NCBI GenBank assembly: GCA_024137785.1
Contig: JAHRHZ010000263.1
Location: 13,408,438-13,472,437, forward strand
From: Ginglymostoma cirratum
Taxonomy: Eukaryota
DNA: 64,000 bases
Reading direction: 5' to 3'
The first letter of the stretch is position 1, and the number at the start of each line of letters is the position of its first letter. The notes beneath the pieces are model-generated. The model was not told the origin of the DNA. It worked only from the letters and a program-made list of their open reading frames with translations, and made no database searches. The position numbers and the translations under genes were made by a program. Positions 48,698 through 61,875 of this stretch are shown piece after piece.

Positions 48698-51600
48698 TCT
48701 CTTTTGCAGTATGCAGTGCCTCCAACTGTTTCTTGATATCACGTGGGATGAATCAAATTGGCTGAAGACTGGTATCTGTGAAGCCGAAGGAGGCTGAGAT
48801 GGAGATCCACTTGGACTGCTTGCCTGAAATTATTGTAAACACTTCAGGCTTAACTTTTGTGCTGATGTGCTGAGCTCCTTCATCATTGATAATGGGAATA
48901 TTTGTAAAGTTGGTAATTTACACCACAATTCATGAATGATGTGGCAGGACTGCAGAGCTTAGGTCTGGACCATTGGTTGTGGAATTGCTTGGACTTGTTT
49001 ATCCCTTGTTGCTTATGCTGATTGACACACAAGTAGATTTATGTTCCAGCTTCTCCATGTTGAATCATCAATGCTATTCATGCCTGGTGCTGCCGCTGAC
49101 ATACCTTGCTGCATTCTTCATCGAACAAACGTTGACCCCTGGTTTGATGGTGATGTTAGAATGGGAGATATGTTGGGCCATGAGATTACAGATTGTGTTA
49201 AAATATAATTTGACTGCAGCTGATGGTGTGTGGAACGTCATGGATGCCCAGTCTTGCTAGATCTGTTTGAAGTGTGTCCTATTTAGCACAGTGATTTTGC
49301 CACACAACCTGTTAGATGGAATTTTCAATGTGAAGATTTGACTTTATCTTCCCAAGGACCAGGAATTACTCTTTCCTACCAGCAATCTCATGGACAATTG
49401 CATCTCCAGCTGGCAGGTTGGTGAGGATATGGTTAATATTTTGTTTTTTTCACTGTTTGCTCTCTTGTTGATTCCCTCACTTCCTACTCCATCCAGCAAC
49501 TATGTTCTTTCCAACTCACACAGCTTGGTCAGTAATATTTCTGCCAAGGCTATCTTCGTGATTGACAATGGTCCGCCACCCAAAGTACATTTTGCACCCT
49601 TTCCACCCTCAGTGCTTCCTTCAAGAGGCGTCAACATTGAGGAGTGCTGATCCGTCAGCTTAGGGACGGTGGTACTTGGTAAACTGTAAGAGGTTTTCTT
49701 GTTCATGTTTAACCTGATAATGTGAGACTTCATGGGATCCTAAGCATTGCATTTTGCCCACCCCTTGTGGGTTTGTCCTGCTGGTGAGATTGGACATACT
49801 CAGTGATGGTGATGGTGTTGTGTATGATATGGGCTGTAAGTCACGGTTTAATGAGTATGACTATGTCACTGCTGTTGTTTGACTAGTCTGTGAGCCCTAG
49901 ACTCCAGATGTTAGTAAGGACAAGGCAGGGTTGATAGGTTAATTTTGCTGTTGTAATTTCTAGTTCAGTGGCAGGCATTCTGTCCAGTTTCAATTCTTTT
50001 TTTGGAATGTTTTAGCAGTTTGATATAACTGAGTTACTCACTAGGCTATTTCAGAGGACAGTTATGACTCAACCACAATATAAGACATTGCAACCACATG
50101 AGTCACATGTAGGGCAAACCAGGTGGGGATGACAGACTTCCTACCCTGAAGGACATGAGTGAACCAGATGGGCATTTACAACAATTGACAATGGTCTACT
50201 TCCAGCTATGATTTTCCAGACTTGTTTTGAATTCACATTGCACTATCTAGTTCAAATCCGGATCCTCAGATCATTATCTGGGTTTCTGGTCAACAAGGGC
50301 AGCAACGAATCCAATACCATTGCCCTGTCCAACAGGCAAGTCCTTCAGAAGTTGACCAGTTTTCCCAGTCAAGGTGTTAGCAAGCAACTATAGCAAAACA
50401 ACTGTAGGCCTCTCCAGTCCACAAAACCATTGATTTGAGACTAGGAGTTGAGCTCTCAATGTTTATTTTTGGCGTTTTGCAGTTTTGGGTAAAAGTCACC
50501 TGTTGCAAATTTGTTAGTGTTTTTAAGATAACCTCTTACAAGTTGGTATTTATAGACCGAATATCAGTAGAATAAAAGACCATTGTGCTAGAATGTTATA
50601 CGTTCTGTCTGCTTAAATCCTGTGCTACACAACCGTCACAGCGAAAAATCCTGAAAACATACCAAACCGTTCTCCCAAGAACAAGAGCATTTACCTGTTT
50701 GTAACATCTGTTAAAACAGGAGAGTTAAACACAAATCAAAACCAATCCTTACCAAATAGTTTTTAAGGAAAAATATCTTTTGAACTCAGAGCTCAAACTA
50801 AAATTTCTGACAATAACAGTGATATCACACCTCATATTTAAGTGATTGAGATAAAGATTTAAGGGATACAATATCAAACCTACAGATCAAACTAAAATTG
50901 AGATCTTGAATAGTTGTGAAGTGGATGCGAGTTTGGGCAAATAGATAGCAGATGAAGTTAATGCATTGATATATACGATCCTAAATTTATTAGTGCTAGA
51001 AACTGAGTCTGTTCCCAGTGCTACGCAATGATAGAATGATAAAATGGAGCAGCTCAATCATAATCCTGATGTTTGTCCTTTGTGCTTTTCATCATTATTT
51101 TATTCAGTCTGAGAAAGAGGATGAGGCATGGATGATAGTTGTTTCATATAGTTCTCCTGCTCTTTTCTGTTTCACAAAGAAAGACAAATCTCGAAAGTTT
51201 TTGGACACTTTTCGGATCAGCCTTTTAGATGTCCCAATAACACCCGATGATTAAGTCCCTCAATGTTCTGGAATACTTACTGAAGGCTCCAATTTTGTAT
51301 ACCCAAGTGACTGAATGTCAGCAGTTATGTAAGTGTGTTTCAATGTTAAAATAATGTCCATGCTCATTTCCGTAGGCTGAATACCTGTGCAGTTTTGGAA
51401 GCAGTGTTCTGCCTGCCAACTCTCATTCTCTTTACATCCAAATATGGGTGCAACAATGTTGAACTTGTACTTTGTGGAATGATACAATTTATGAAAAAGA
51501 ATAAACCTGTGGTCATACATGACATTGGTAAGCCTCAGGAGGAGGAGAGATGCAGAGAGATTACACATTGTGGGATGTGTGACTTCAAAACTTAAAGACG

Positions 51601-51704
51601 ACATTGATACGACTCACAGAAAAGTGCACATGGAATTCCAGATTTTACAAATTGATACAATTCAGTACAAAAGCAAAAACATTAGGGGAAAAAAGTGAAA
51701 TAAC

Positions 51705-52028
51705 GGGCAGCACGGTGGCTCAGTGGTTAGCACTGCTGCCTCACAGCACCAGGGACCTGGGTTCGATTGCAGCCTCGGGTGTCTGTCTGTGTGGAGTTTG
51801 CACTTTCTCCCCGTGTCTGTGTGGGTTTCCTCCGAGTGCTCCAGTTTCCCCCACAGTCCAAGGATGTGCAGGTTAGGTGGATTGGCCATGCTAAATTGCC
51901 TGTAGTGTTCAGGGAGGTGTAGGTTAGCTGGGTTGTTGGAGGGGGTGGGTCTGCGTGGGATGCTCTGAGGTTCGATGTGGACTTGTTGGGCCGAAGGGCC
52001 TGTTTCCACATTGCAGGGATTCTATGAT
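51705..52028 (+). mobile_element. HE1-type SINE, near full length
   Basis: ggcagcacggtggctcagtggttagc...gggttcgattgc...gggcctgtttccacattgcagggattctatga. Confidence 0.93.
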
Positions 52029-52170
52029 AACTTGTTAGAGCAGAGTTATAATATTCTGAAAAACTGTCTAGTCCTCAAAGTAGACATCTAATATAGAGTG
52101 CTGCCTCCTGATTATTGAACATTTGTGATTTTCCTTTTGTTTACAATGGGCACATGATTTGTCTTACAAG

Positions 52171-52325
52171 ATCAGAGAGAAACAGTTAATATTTTGAGTT
52201 AACATTCAGAACTCTGAAATGTTAGCTCTGATTCTCTGTGCACAGATGCTGCCAGGCCTCTTGGGTTTCTCTAGTATTCTCCCTGAGTTCAAATTTCCAG
52301 CGTCACAGTGTTTTACATTTATTAC
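52171..52325. mobile_element. Penelope-derived hairpin element (family C)
   Basis: Short left arm and full right arm; flanked by cttacaag (52163-52170 / 52326-52333). Confidence 0.7.
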
Positions 52326-53375
52326 CTTACAAGGTGACTGCACGTGCAGTGAAAAAGCAAACCTTCCCACTTAGATCCATTTTTGGTGCATCTAGTTGAA
52401 TACCAAGGCCATGGAGAAGAGGCAGAGAAGATTTACTTCAAGAGAAATGGTTTCCTACCACATCAATTATTCTGGAACAGAGTGGGGACAAAAGCACCAA
52501 TCTTCCATTTTCAATTTTCAAGAAAGTTCAAGCATGCTGAAAATGTGTCCAGTGCCAAATTGGGTCAGGTGATGCTCAGGCATACTAGCATCTGCCTAAA
52601 TTAGACATTTAGATTTTGTATATGTTAGTAAGAGACCTAATGCCTTATTTCAGAACCATGGCTCAAAGTTTGTTAAGACTGAGCTGGGCAGGGCTTTGGC
52701 TCCTCCAACGACCTAATCAACAGCACGTACCATGAAATTTTAAAGCAACTATTGCAAAAGTAGACTTTCCTCAGGAAATAGCTTCTGAAAATAGCAAACT
52801 AGAAAATATACTATCGTACTGAAAATGAACACATCAAAGATGTGGCAAAAAGGGGATATTTTTGATCCAAGGGCTGTAAATTATTCCAAATTTAACAGAT
52901 AAATGTCACAGTTATAAACATGAATGGTAACAAATAAAGGTAGAATTTTAAAAAGCATCAAAGCTTACAAAATGGAAGGAAGGCATCCATCCAATATTCT
53001 AACTGCTTTCTAGAAAAATCCAAAAACTATGTGTAATGCCTCAGTCTTAACCATTGTGCTCTGCTACTCTGCAGGCATAATTTTGATTTTATGTGATACT
53101 ATAAAATGTACAATATTGCTTAAGTTGCCCATTACATATATCTATTAATTTTCAGTCACACTGTACTTTTCTTTACATTTTAATTGCACTGCATTCTCAT
53201 CAATTTTGGTACAGAGTTTGCTGCTGGTGATGAGGTTCCTTATCCTTTGTAGAGATGCCATTGCACCTTTAATGTTCTGCATACATGCCTAATTTTTGAA
53301 CTTAAGTTCGTTTTGGAAAGGAATTTATATAGCTTGCTGTACTACATTCAATTTCTATTGACTAAAAACCTCTAA

Positions 53376-53641
53376 GTGGCATGGGGGCTCAGTGGTTAGC
53401 ACTGCTGCTTCCTGGGTTCAATTCCACCCTCAAGCAACTGTCCGTGTGGAGTTTGTACATTCTCCCCATGTCTGTGCGGGTTTCCTTTGGGTGCTATGGT
53501 TTCCTCCCACTGTCCAAAGATGTGCAGGTTGGGTGGTTTAGCCACGTTAAACGCAGAGTTACAGAGGTGAGTCTGGGTGGAATGCTTCTTGGAGAGTTGG
53601 TATGGACTCAATGGCTTGCTTCCACACTGTAGGGATTCTAT
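53376..53641 (+). mobile_element. HE1-type SINE
   Basis: Head gctcagtggttagcactgctgc; tail cttccacactgtagggattcta. Confidence 0.88.
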
Positions 53642-53789
53642 AAGCAAAAAAATCCAGTTGTTGGAACTTATTCGCTTTATTCAATGATTATGTTAACTGA
53701 CAGTATAGTTGTGACTTGGCTTGTCAATACTGTAATACTAGAGAGTCTGATAGACTACAGATGAAGTTGAAAGAGATCTGGTAGTTTTA

Positions 53790-54170
53790 TAATACCTCAG
53801 GTTTAACTAAGAACAAAACAAAGAGAATGTTGAACTTTACAACAGACTACAAACTGGAAGCAATCATGTTTAAATCACACAGTGCTCCAGGGATCTAATG
53901 AGACCACACCTTGAGGACTGTCTCCAGAATGATTACAGTTAAAAAGAAGACATTTGTGCCTTAAAACCTCTACAGAAAGCTTCTACAAGGCTGATTTCTA
54001 TTGTCAGAGTACTTAGTAAAAATGAAGAGCCAGAGAAACATGCAATTATTAGCCTTGAAATAACGGAATTGGAAGGTGATGTTATAAAGCGTTGATAAAG
54101 ATAGGTCCAGAAAATGACTTCAAATCAATCTGTGGAATTATAAGGTAACACAGCTTCAAACTGGTGAAAG
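53790..54170 (+). mobile_element. Ancient CR1 3' fragment
   Basis: agaccacaccttgaggactgt (RPHLE.C) and ggtgatgttata remnants. Confidence 0.5.
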
Positions 54171-54584
54171 ACGAAACTTGATCTGTGCTTGGGCTGAATA
54201 TTCTTTTGAAAGGAAAATTTAGGAAACAATTAAAATTGGTGTCCAGAATGGAGACAGTATAAAGGCCTTTCTGCAAGGTGAGCTGAGCTGAGTCTTTCCT
54301 CATCAACACCATCTTACAATCAAAATGGCTGGATCCTTGCTGGAATGGGGCATTTCAGTGTGTGCAGCCTTGAGTTCAGAAATGTATGTGCTGCACCTTG
54401 TTGGAAGTGAGAGTTGACTGAGACATTAAAATATCTGACACCTTTGTGAATGGCAGGAATGATAATACATTTCCCTAAATAGTGACGAGTATGGATTATG
54501 AAAGAAACAGAAGAATGAATGAGACGAAGGGTTAAATTACAGTCAAATCAGTTATAGAATGAAATTTAAATAGCTGAAAGTTTA

Positions 54585-55035
54585 GACTCGTAGAGCGAAA
54601 GAGTCAAATAGCACAGAAACAGACCCTTCGGTTCAGCTAGTCCATGCCAACCAAGTTTTCCAAAATAAGCTAGTCCCACTTGCCTGCGTTTGGCCCATAT
54701 CCTCTAAAGCTTTCCTATTCATATGCCCATCCAGGTGGCTTTCAAGTTATAATTGCACCCACCATTTCATCTGGCAGCTCATTCCATACACGTACCACTC
54801 CCTGTGTGAAAAATTACCACTCAGGTCCTTTCTAAATGTTTCCCCTCTCATATTAAACCTATGCTCTCTAGTTTTGGACTCCCCCACCCTAGGACTATTC
54901 ACCCTATCCATGCCCCTAATGATTTTATAAACCTCTATAATGTCCCCACCCCACCCCCACCCTTCAGCCTCTAATTCTCCAGGTAAAAAGGCCCCAGTCT
55001 ATTCAGTCTTTCTCTATAACTCAGATCCTCCAGTC
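54585..55035 (-). mobile_element. HER1-type CR1 3' end
   Basis: Reverse complement of the 3' ends at 20000-20338 and 44900-45325. Confidence 0.85.
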
Positions 55036-56049
55036 GGATTAGGAGGAAAAAAAGCAATCAGAATAGGAAAATTAGAAATAACATTAAAATTCATAATTTG
55101 ACATTTTAAAAATGTCTAACAAGTTATCACCTGAGTGAATTAGATTTCTCAGTTTAAATTGTTCTTTTTCTGGATTAAGGAGGCTGACTGGCATTGCATT
55201 AGCAATTCTCCTGTTGTTCAAACAGTAATTACCAGACATGATATTTGAAGCAAGTTTGTCAGGTAATTAATGTGATAGACCAGCAAGTTCTTGGAAATAA
55301 CTGAAAGTCCAAGGATAGAATGCTGCTGTCTGTGCAAAGCAAACAGCGGAGATATGTAAAGACACCTGCTAATTCTGGAAATTCAGAACTCATGGCATAT
55401 ATCGTGGCTTTAATTTGCTAGACAATTTGCGCGTTGTTAAAGTTATGCATTGTTCGCACAGGTATTTCTCTAACAAGGAATGGCCCTGTGATTATTACTA
55501 TGGATGCAATCTTACTTTTTCTGAACTTGTTTTTATCCCATCTACGACTACCCACCACATTTCCCCACACCCCAACTCCCATTGACAGCTTTCTCTATCA
55601 CTACTCGCTAAAAACCTGCTACGTCTCAGATTTTTTCCAATCCAGACAAAAAGTCATTGATCCAAACTACCAACTCTGTTTTGCTCTTTGCACATATTGC
55701 TTGACCTATTCAATAGTCTCAACATTTTCTGTTTTATTTCTTTTCTTCGTTTGTATTTTACTGCAATTAACAAGTAACTGATTATTAGCATCAATCATTG
55801 CCTGCAAAAACTATCCACAATTAATATCACACGTTACTAAACAACACTAAACTACCAATTATAACATCTGCAGTGTAAATACCATATACCAAATACTTCA
55901 ACCGGGCAATCTGTGAATTAAGAATTTCTACAAGCTTATGTGTACTCATATGTAGGCCCTTTTAGTTTTTGAGTGTTTCAATTTAAAAATAACCAGAAGC
56001 ACAACTTTATGTTAGAAAGAAGATGAAAGTTTGTCTAACTGTACAATTA

Positions 56050-58290
56050 GAGCATAGAATATAGAGCAGTACAGCACAGTACAGGCCCTTCGGCCCACGA
56101 TGTTGTGCCAAACTCTTACCCTAATCCTAAAGTCTATCTAACCTCCACCCCTACCTCATACTATCATCCATATGCCTATCTAATAGCTGCTTAAATGTCC
56201 CTAATGAGGCCGACTCCACTACCTTCTCCAGCAATGCATTCCACGCCCCGACCACTCTCTGAGTAAAGAACCTACCTCTGACGTGTCCCCTATATCTACC
56301 TCCCCTCACTTTAAAACTATGCCCCCTCATAATAGCTACCTCCACCCTAGGAAAAAGTCTCTGGCTGTCTACTCTATCTATACCTCTGATCATTTTGTAC
56401 ACTTCTATCAAGTCACCTCTCATCCTTTGTCATTCTAAAGAGAAAAGCCCTAGATCTCTCAAACTTTCCTCGTAAGACCTTCCCTCCATTCCAGGCAACA
56501 TCCTGGTAAATCTCCTCTGCACTTTTTCCAATGCTTCCACATCTTTCCTGTAATGAGACGATCAGAACTGGACACAACACTCCAGATGTGGCCAAACCAG
56601 GGATTTGTATAGCTGGAGCATAACTTCACGGTTCTTGAACTCAATCCCTCTATTAATGAAAGCTAACACAACATACGCCTTCTTAACAACTCTATCCCCC
56701 TGGGTGGCAGCTTTCAGGGAACTGTGGACATGAACCCCGAGATCCCTCTGCTCTTTTACACTGCCAAGAATCTTTCTGTTAACCCTGTATTCTGCTTTCA
56801 AGTTTGTCCTTCCATAATGAATCAACTCACACTTTTCAGGGTTAAAATCTATCTGCCACACTTCTCAGCCCAGCTCTGTATCCTATCAATGTGCCTTTGT
56901 AATCCAGAACAGCCCTCCGCACTGTCCACAACGTGACCCACCTTCGTATCGTCTGCAAATTTACTAATCCACCCTTCCACTCCTTCATCCAAATCACTTA
57001 CAAAAATCACAAATAGAAGAGGACCCAGAACAGATCCTTGTGGTACACCACTCGTAACTGAGCACCATGTTGAATATTTTCCATTCACTACACTCTTTGT
57101 CTTCTGATGGTCAGCCAATTCTGAATCCAATCTGTCACATTTCCCCCTATCCCATGCCTCCTTACTTTCTGCATGAGCCTACCATGGGGAACCTTATCAA
57201 ACAGCTTACTTAAATCCATGTATACCACATCCACTGCTCCACCTTCATCCACATGTTTGGTCACCCCTTCAAAGAATTCAATAAGGTTTGTGAGGCATGA
57301 TCTACCCCTCACAAATCCATGCTGACTATCACGAATTAAACTGTGCCTTTCCAAGTGATCATAAATCCTATCTCTCAGAGCCCTTTCCAATAATCTGAAG
57401 TAAGACTAACTGGTCTGTAATTTCCGGGGTTATCCCTATTCCCTTTTTTGAACAAGGGAATGACATTTGCCTCTCTCCAAACTTCCGGCACTGTACCCGT
57501 GGACAGTGAGGACAAAAAGATCATTGCCAAAGGGCCTGCGATCTCTTCCCTCGCTTCCCATAGAATCCTTGGATAAATCCCATCAGGCCCGGGGGACTTA
57601 TCTATCTTCAAGTTCCTCAAAATTCCTTGAACATCTTCCTTACTAACATTGACCTCCTCTAGCCTACCAGCCTGTTTCACACTGTCCTCCTCTACAACTA
57701 GGTCCCTCTCAGTTGTGAATACCGAAGAAAAGTATTCAATAAGGACCTCTCCTATCTCTTTAGGCTCCGTGCACAAATTCCCTTTACAATCCTTGATCGG
57801 CCGTACCCTTTCTCTGGTCGTTCTCTTATTCCTCACGTAAGTGTAAAAAGCCTTGGAGTTTTCCTTGATCCTATCCGCCAAGGTTTTCTCATGCATCCTT
57901 ACAGCTCTCCTAAGCCCTTCCTTCAGCTCCTTCCCGGATAACTTGTATCCATCTAGAGTCTTTTCCGTTCCTTGTCTCCTAAACCTCATATAAGCATCCT
58001 TCTTCCTCTTAACCAGTCGTTCGACCTCTCTTGAGAACCAAGGCTTCCTCACTCGACCACATCTTCCCTGCCTGCTAGGGACAAACATATCGAGCACACG
58101 CAGTATGCGTTCCTTAAACAATCTCCACATTTCAATAGTGCTCTTCCCTGACAGCATCTGTTCCCATTTTATGTTACCCAGTTCTTGCCTAACAGAATTG
58201 TAATTACCCTTCCCCCAATTATAAACCTTACCCTGATGTATGTACCCATCCTTTTCCATGACTATTGTAAAAGTAACAGAGTTATGATCT
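56050..58290 (-). mobile_element. Young CR1 LINE, 5'-truncated; ORF2 broken by a few frameshifts
   Basis: ORFs 57375..58310 (KSPGPDGIYPR..NYRPVSLTS), 57088..57390 (QHGFVRGRSCLTNL), 56849..57130 ([14 protein letters not shown]), 56562..56861 and 56151..56423. Confidence 0.97.
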
Positions 58291-58367
58291 CTACAAATTA
58301 TTGCTGACAATTACTTTAGTAAAGAGTGGTAAAATTATTAGCTAAAATGCACACATATCATTGTTGG

Positions 58368-58445
58368 TAATCATTCACTAATGAGTATGATTGTCCACTT
58401 AGGAGCTTCCATGTCACTGGCCATAGGTTCTGTGAGTCTTTGAGT
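58368..58445. repeat. Dispersed repeat shared with about 43654-43728
   Basis: aatcattcactaatgagtatgattgtccacttagg...gttctgtgagtc versus aatcactcactaacaaatatgattgtccacttagg...gttctgtgggtc. Confidence 0.7.
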
Positions 58446-58778
58446 GGCAGATGATCCTGATCCTAGTGCCGCATCTCAGACCACAGCTATTTCTGGGAGG
58501 TGGAATTTGTCCGTGGTCTTGAGATTGTTGACATTCCTTTCTGCAGTTCCTTTTCTGCAGTTCCTTTTGTGGGCTGGTATTTTCGAAAAATTGTGTCCCT
58601 TCATACAGGAGCTTCCTCCAACTCAATTTATTCAAATATGGTTAGTTAAAAGTTTCATAAAATTTTTACTTCTTCAGATTTATTGTGATATTACTTAATA
58701 GCTGATAAATTCCTTAGATTTTTTATTCTGTATCCTAAACTACTCTTGCCTGAAAATATGTTCTTTCCACAGAAATAA

Positions 58779-59430
58779 AGAGATAACAAGGTGTAGAGCT
58801 GGATGAACACAGCAGGCCTAGCAGCATCAGAGGAGCAGGAAAGCTGACGTTTCGGGCCTAGACCCTTCTTCNNNNNNNNNNNNNNNNNNNNNNNNNNNNN
58901 NNNNNNNNNNNNNNNNNNNNNNNNNNNNNNNNNNNNNNNNNNNNNNNNNNNNNNNNNNNNNNNNNNNNNNNNNNNNNNNNNNNNNNNNNNNNNNNNNNNN
59001 NNNNNNNNNNNNNNNNNNNNNNNNNNNNNNNNNNNNNNNNNNNNNNNNNNNNNNNNNNNNNNNNNNNNNNNNNNNNNNNNNNNNNNNNNNNNNNNNNNNN
59101 NNNNNNNNNNNNNNNNNNNNNNNNNNNNNNNNNNNNNNNNNNNNNNNNNNNNNNNNNNNNNNNNNNNNNNNNNNNNNNNNNNNNNNNNNNNNNNNNNNNN
59201 NNNNNNNNNNNNNNNNNNNNNNNNNNNNNNNNNNNNNNNNNNNNNNNNNNNNNNNNNNNNNNNNNNNNNNNGACCCTTCTTCAGATGCTTCTTCAGATTT
59301 TCTGAAGAAGGGTCTAGGCCCAAAACATCAGGTTTTCCTGCTCCTCTGATGTTGCTAGGCCTGCTGTGTTCATCCAGCTCCACACCTTGTTATCTCAGAT
59401 TCTCCAGCATCAGCAGTTCCTACTATCTCT
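58779..59430. mobile_element. Penelope-derived hairpin element (family A) spanning the assembly gap
   Basis: Inverted arms on both sides of the Ns; candidate TSD tctttccacagaa / tcttttcacagaa. Confidence 0.85.
58872..59271. other. Assembly gap (400 N)
   Basis: Run of N. Confidence 1.
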
Positions 59431-59687
59431 TCTTTTCACAGAAGTTTTGTTTTATGAAATGCTGTTATAATTCAAATTCCACAAAGACCAATGTCTACAT
59501 TCCTGCAAAAAAGTCTTTTTAAAATCTCTGCACACCTCTCTGATTCTTCGAAAAAAATGCTAAAGGCTGAGTTTTGAATTAAGCAGTGCTAGTTTGAAAG
59601 ACATCAGCCTGAACTTTATTCTATTACATAAAACTACTCAGTCTCTATGAATTACTAATTAATTAAGAGTTTGCCTAAGTACTCGCT

Positions 59688-60190
59688 CATAAAGTCATAG
59701 CATTTTACAGTGTGGAACCAGACCCTTCAGTCCAACCAGTCCATGCTGAACACAATTCCAAACTGAACTATTCCCACCTGCCTAAACCTGGCCCATACCT
59801 CTCCAAACTTTTCCTATTCACGTAATTATCGAAATGTCTTTTAAATTTTGTAACTGTACTCATATCCACGAATTCCCACATGCGAACCACCTTCTGTGCA
59901 AAAAAAAATTGACCTGCATGTCTTTTTTAAATCTCTCTCCTCTTACCTTAAAAATATGCCCTCAGTCTTGAAGTCCCCCATCCTAGAGAAAATAAGCCTA
60001 CCATTAACCCTGCCTGTACCCCTCATGATTTTATACTTCTCTATAGGGTCACCTCTCAATCTTCTATGCTCCAGTTAAAAAGTCCCAGCCTATTGAGTCT
60101 TCCTTTTTAACTCAAACCTTCCATACCCAGCAACATCCCTTCATAAATCTCTTCTGAACCCTCTCTAGCTTCATAATATCCTTCCTATAA
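59688..60190 (-). mobile_element. HER1-type CR1 3' end
   Basis: Reverse complement of 19840-20338. Confidence 0.88.
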
Positions 60191-61099
60191 ATCTCCTGGA
60201 TTTTTTATTGTATGTCCTAATCTGCTCTTCCATTATCTTATCTCACTTATTTTGCTCAAATTTGGCAAGGAATTGACTTCCAAGCTATTGTGAGGTCAGA
60301 AATTCAAGACAAAGGGCTTTTCTGAATGTCCCCAATTTCTAGTAGCTAGGTGCACTTAACTGTTTTACTTCCAGGTTTCTGATTGACAGGTTGGAATCCT
60401 TTCCAGCACGGTCATAGCCTTCAAGAGTATGTAGGTGTATTGCAGAAATGGGAGTGATTAGGTGTGCGTGGTTGCTGTGGGGCTGCAGTGATCCCATCTG
60501 AGATAGGATCATTATCAATGGTGCATTTTACATCCCTTTTCTTTGACGTAAATGGACTGATCACACACAAGGATTGGTGAAACCATAATGTGGGTTCTTC
60601 ACTCGAAGATAAGGCTCTGCACAGATAAGTTTCACTAGACGCTAAGTCTGGTACATTCAATTTCTATCATTTCTTCAACTGTCTCACAAGTCATGGAACT
60701 AAAGCAACAGATCCTCTAAAGGAAGGTACAAACAAAGAGTGATTTTAAGATGCATTCTCTAAAAAGTGTATGTCATCATTTCACAATGGTAGGATTGCAG
60801 ATCACAAGGTGGAAGTCTAGTGGAACTCAGAGAGGGGGGTGATCATGATGGTGGACCGGCAGTCTAAGAGTGGTTAATGTTTTGCTGTGCATTCTAGGTT
60901 TAGTATGCTACTTACGTCCATGGCCTTTTTATGTAAACAGTCCATAGATACACCTCGTTCTTTATATCCATTCTCATTACGTGGGATAATGGGACCCTTT
61001 CCTAATCACCCTACCTTCTCATATGACTCTGCCATCATTTCTCTATATCTGCCCTTTATACTTGATGTCTATATTTCTTTGATGTCTATATTTTTATTT

Positions 61100-61233
61100 T
61101 CATTTTCTGATGAAGGGTTTAGGCCCGAAACGTCAAGTTTTCCTGCTCCTATGATGCTGCTTGACCTGCTGTGTTCATCCAGCCCCATGCTTGTTATCTC
61201 GGATTCTCCAGCATCTGCAGTACCTTTTATCTC
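61100..61233 (+). mobile_element. Penelope-derived single arm (family A) with hammerhead core at 61107-61134
   Basis: ctgatgaagggtttaggcccgaaacgtc; 16-bp direct repeat tgtctatatttctttg at 61066-61081 and 61234-61249. Confidence 0.88.
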
Positions 61234-61734
61234 TGTCTATATTTCTTTGTTCCTTTCATATTCGCTTCCTATATGCCTCTCATCCCAAAGTTTCAGACTA
61301 CACAGGGTTAGGCTCTAGGGTGCTTTGAATAATCTCCCTGATCTGATTCTGATCTCATCCTGAGGTCAAGGATACTCTGCATTCTCCCTTCTGTTGGTTT
61401 GAGTGTTCTTCTCCAGGGTAGTTGGAGAGTTGTTTCTTCTTCTTCTAAGTAGTCCAAATTTCTACCGGTTTCCTGTTTTATGAAACTAATGTATTAAAGT
61501 TTTTACCTTATATTGTCATGGTGTCTCTCAACCACTACCTCAATAACAGCACCTTGATATCCTTTCAAAACATCGTCGAGGATATACAAGGGTTAAAGAA
61601 TATGGTACAAAGTTGCGACAATCAGTTTAGTGGCCATGTGAGCTTTGTTGTGTTCGTTTTCAATATTTGAACCTTCTTTTTATTGCTATCATCACCTCAG
61701 GCTTCAGCTGTCCTAATAGGCTCCTGTACAGTGG

Positions 61735-61875
61735 GGGAATCAAGAGTTGTGGGGAAAATGTAGGAAAGTAGAGGTGAGGGATGATGGATCAGCCATGATC
61801 CTATTGAATGTTACAGCAGGCTGAAGGGACTAAATGACCTACTCCTGTTCCTACTTCTTACAGTGTTATGATCTT
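61735..61875 (+). mobile_element. CR1 3' UTR tail
   Basis: gggaatcaagagttgtgggg...gatcagccatgatc..attgaatg...cctactcctgttcct. Confidence 0.7.

Larger units (their letters stand above)
47195..50330 (-). mobile_element. Family B CR1-like LINE, decayed but spanning 5' head to 3' tail
   Basis: 3' end FKKTAHHHF near 47230-47270; RT GVPQNCFLGPTFFSCFINDLP (ORF 47687..48010); endonuclease near 49400-49900; tRNA-like head at 50050-50330. Confidence 0.8.

Noticed and set aside
50490-50710. Minus-strand exon or 13-nt microexon
   Set aside because: All frames close within the longer candidate, and the microexon cannot be supported without transcript data.
51705-51780. tRNA gene
   Set aside because: It is the tRNA-derived head of a HE1 SINE and continues into SINE core and LINE-type tail.
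56050-58290. Active autonomous LINE
   Set aside because: 5'-truncated (no ORF1 or complete endonuclease) and frameshifted.
58691-59383. 230-aa ORF
   Set aside because: Mostly translated Ns.
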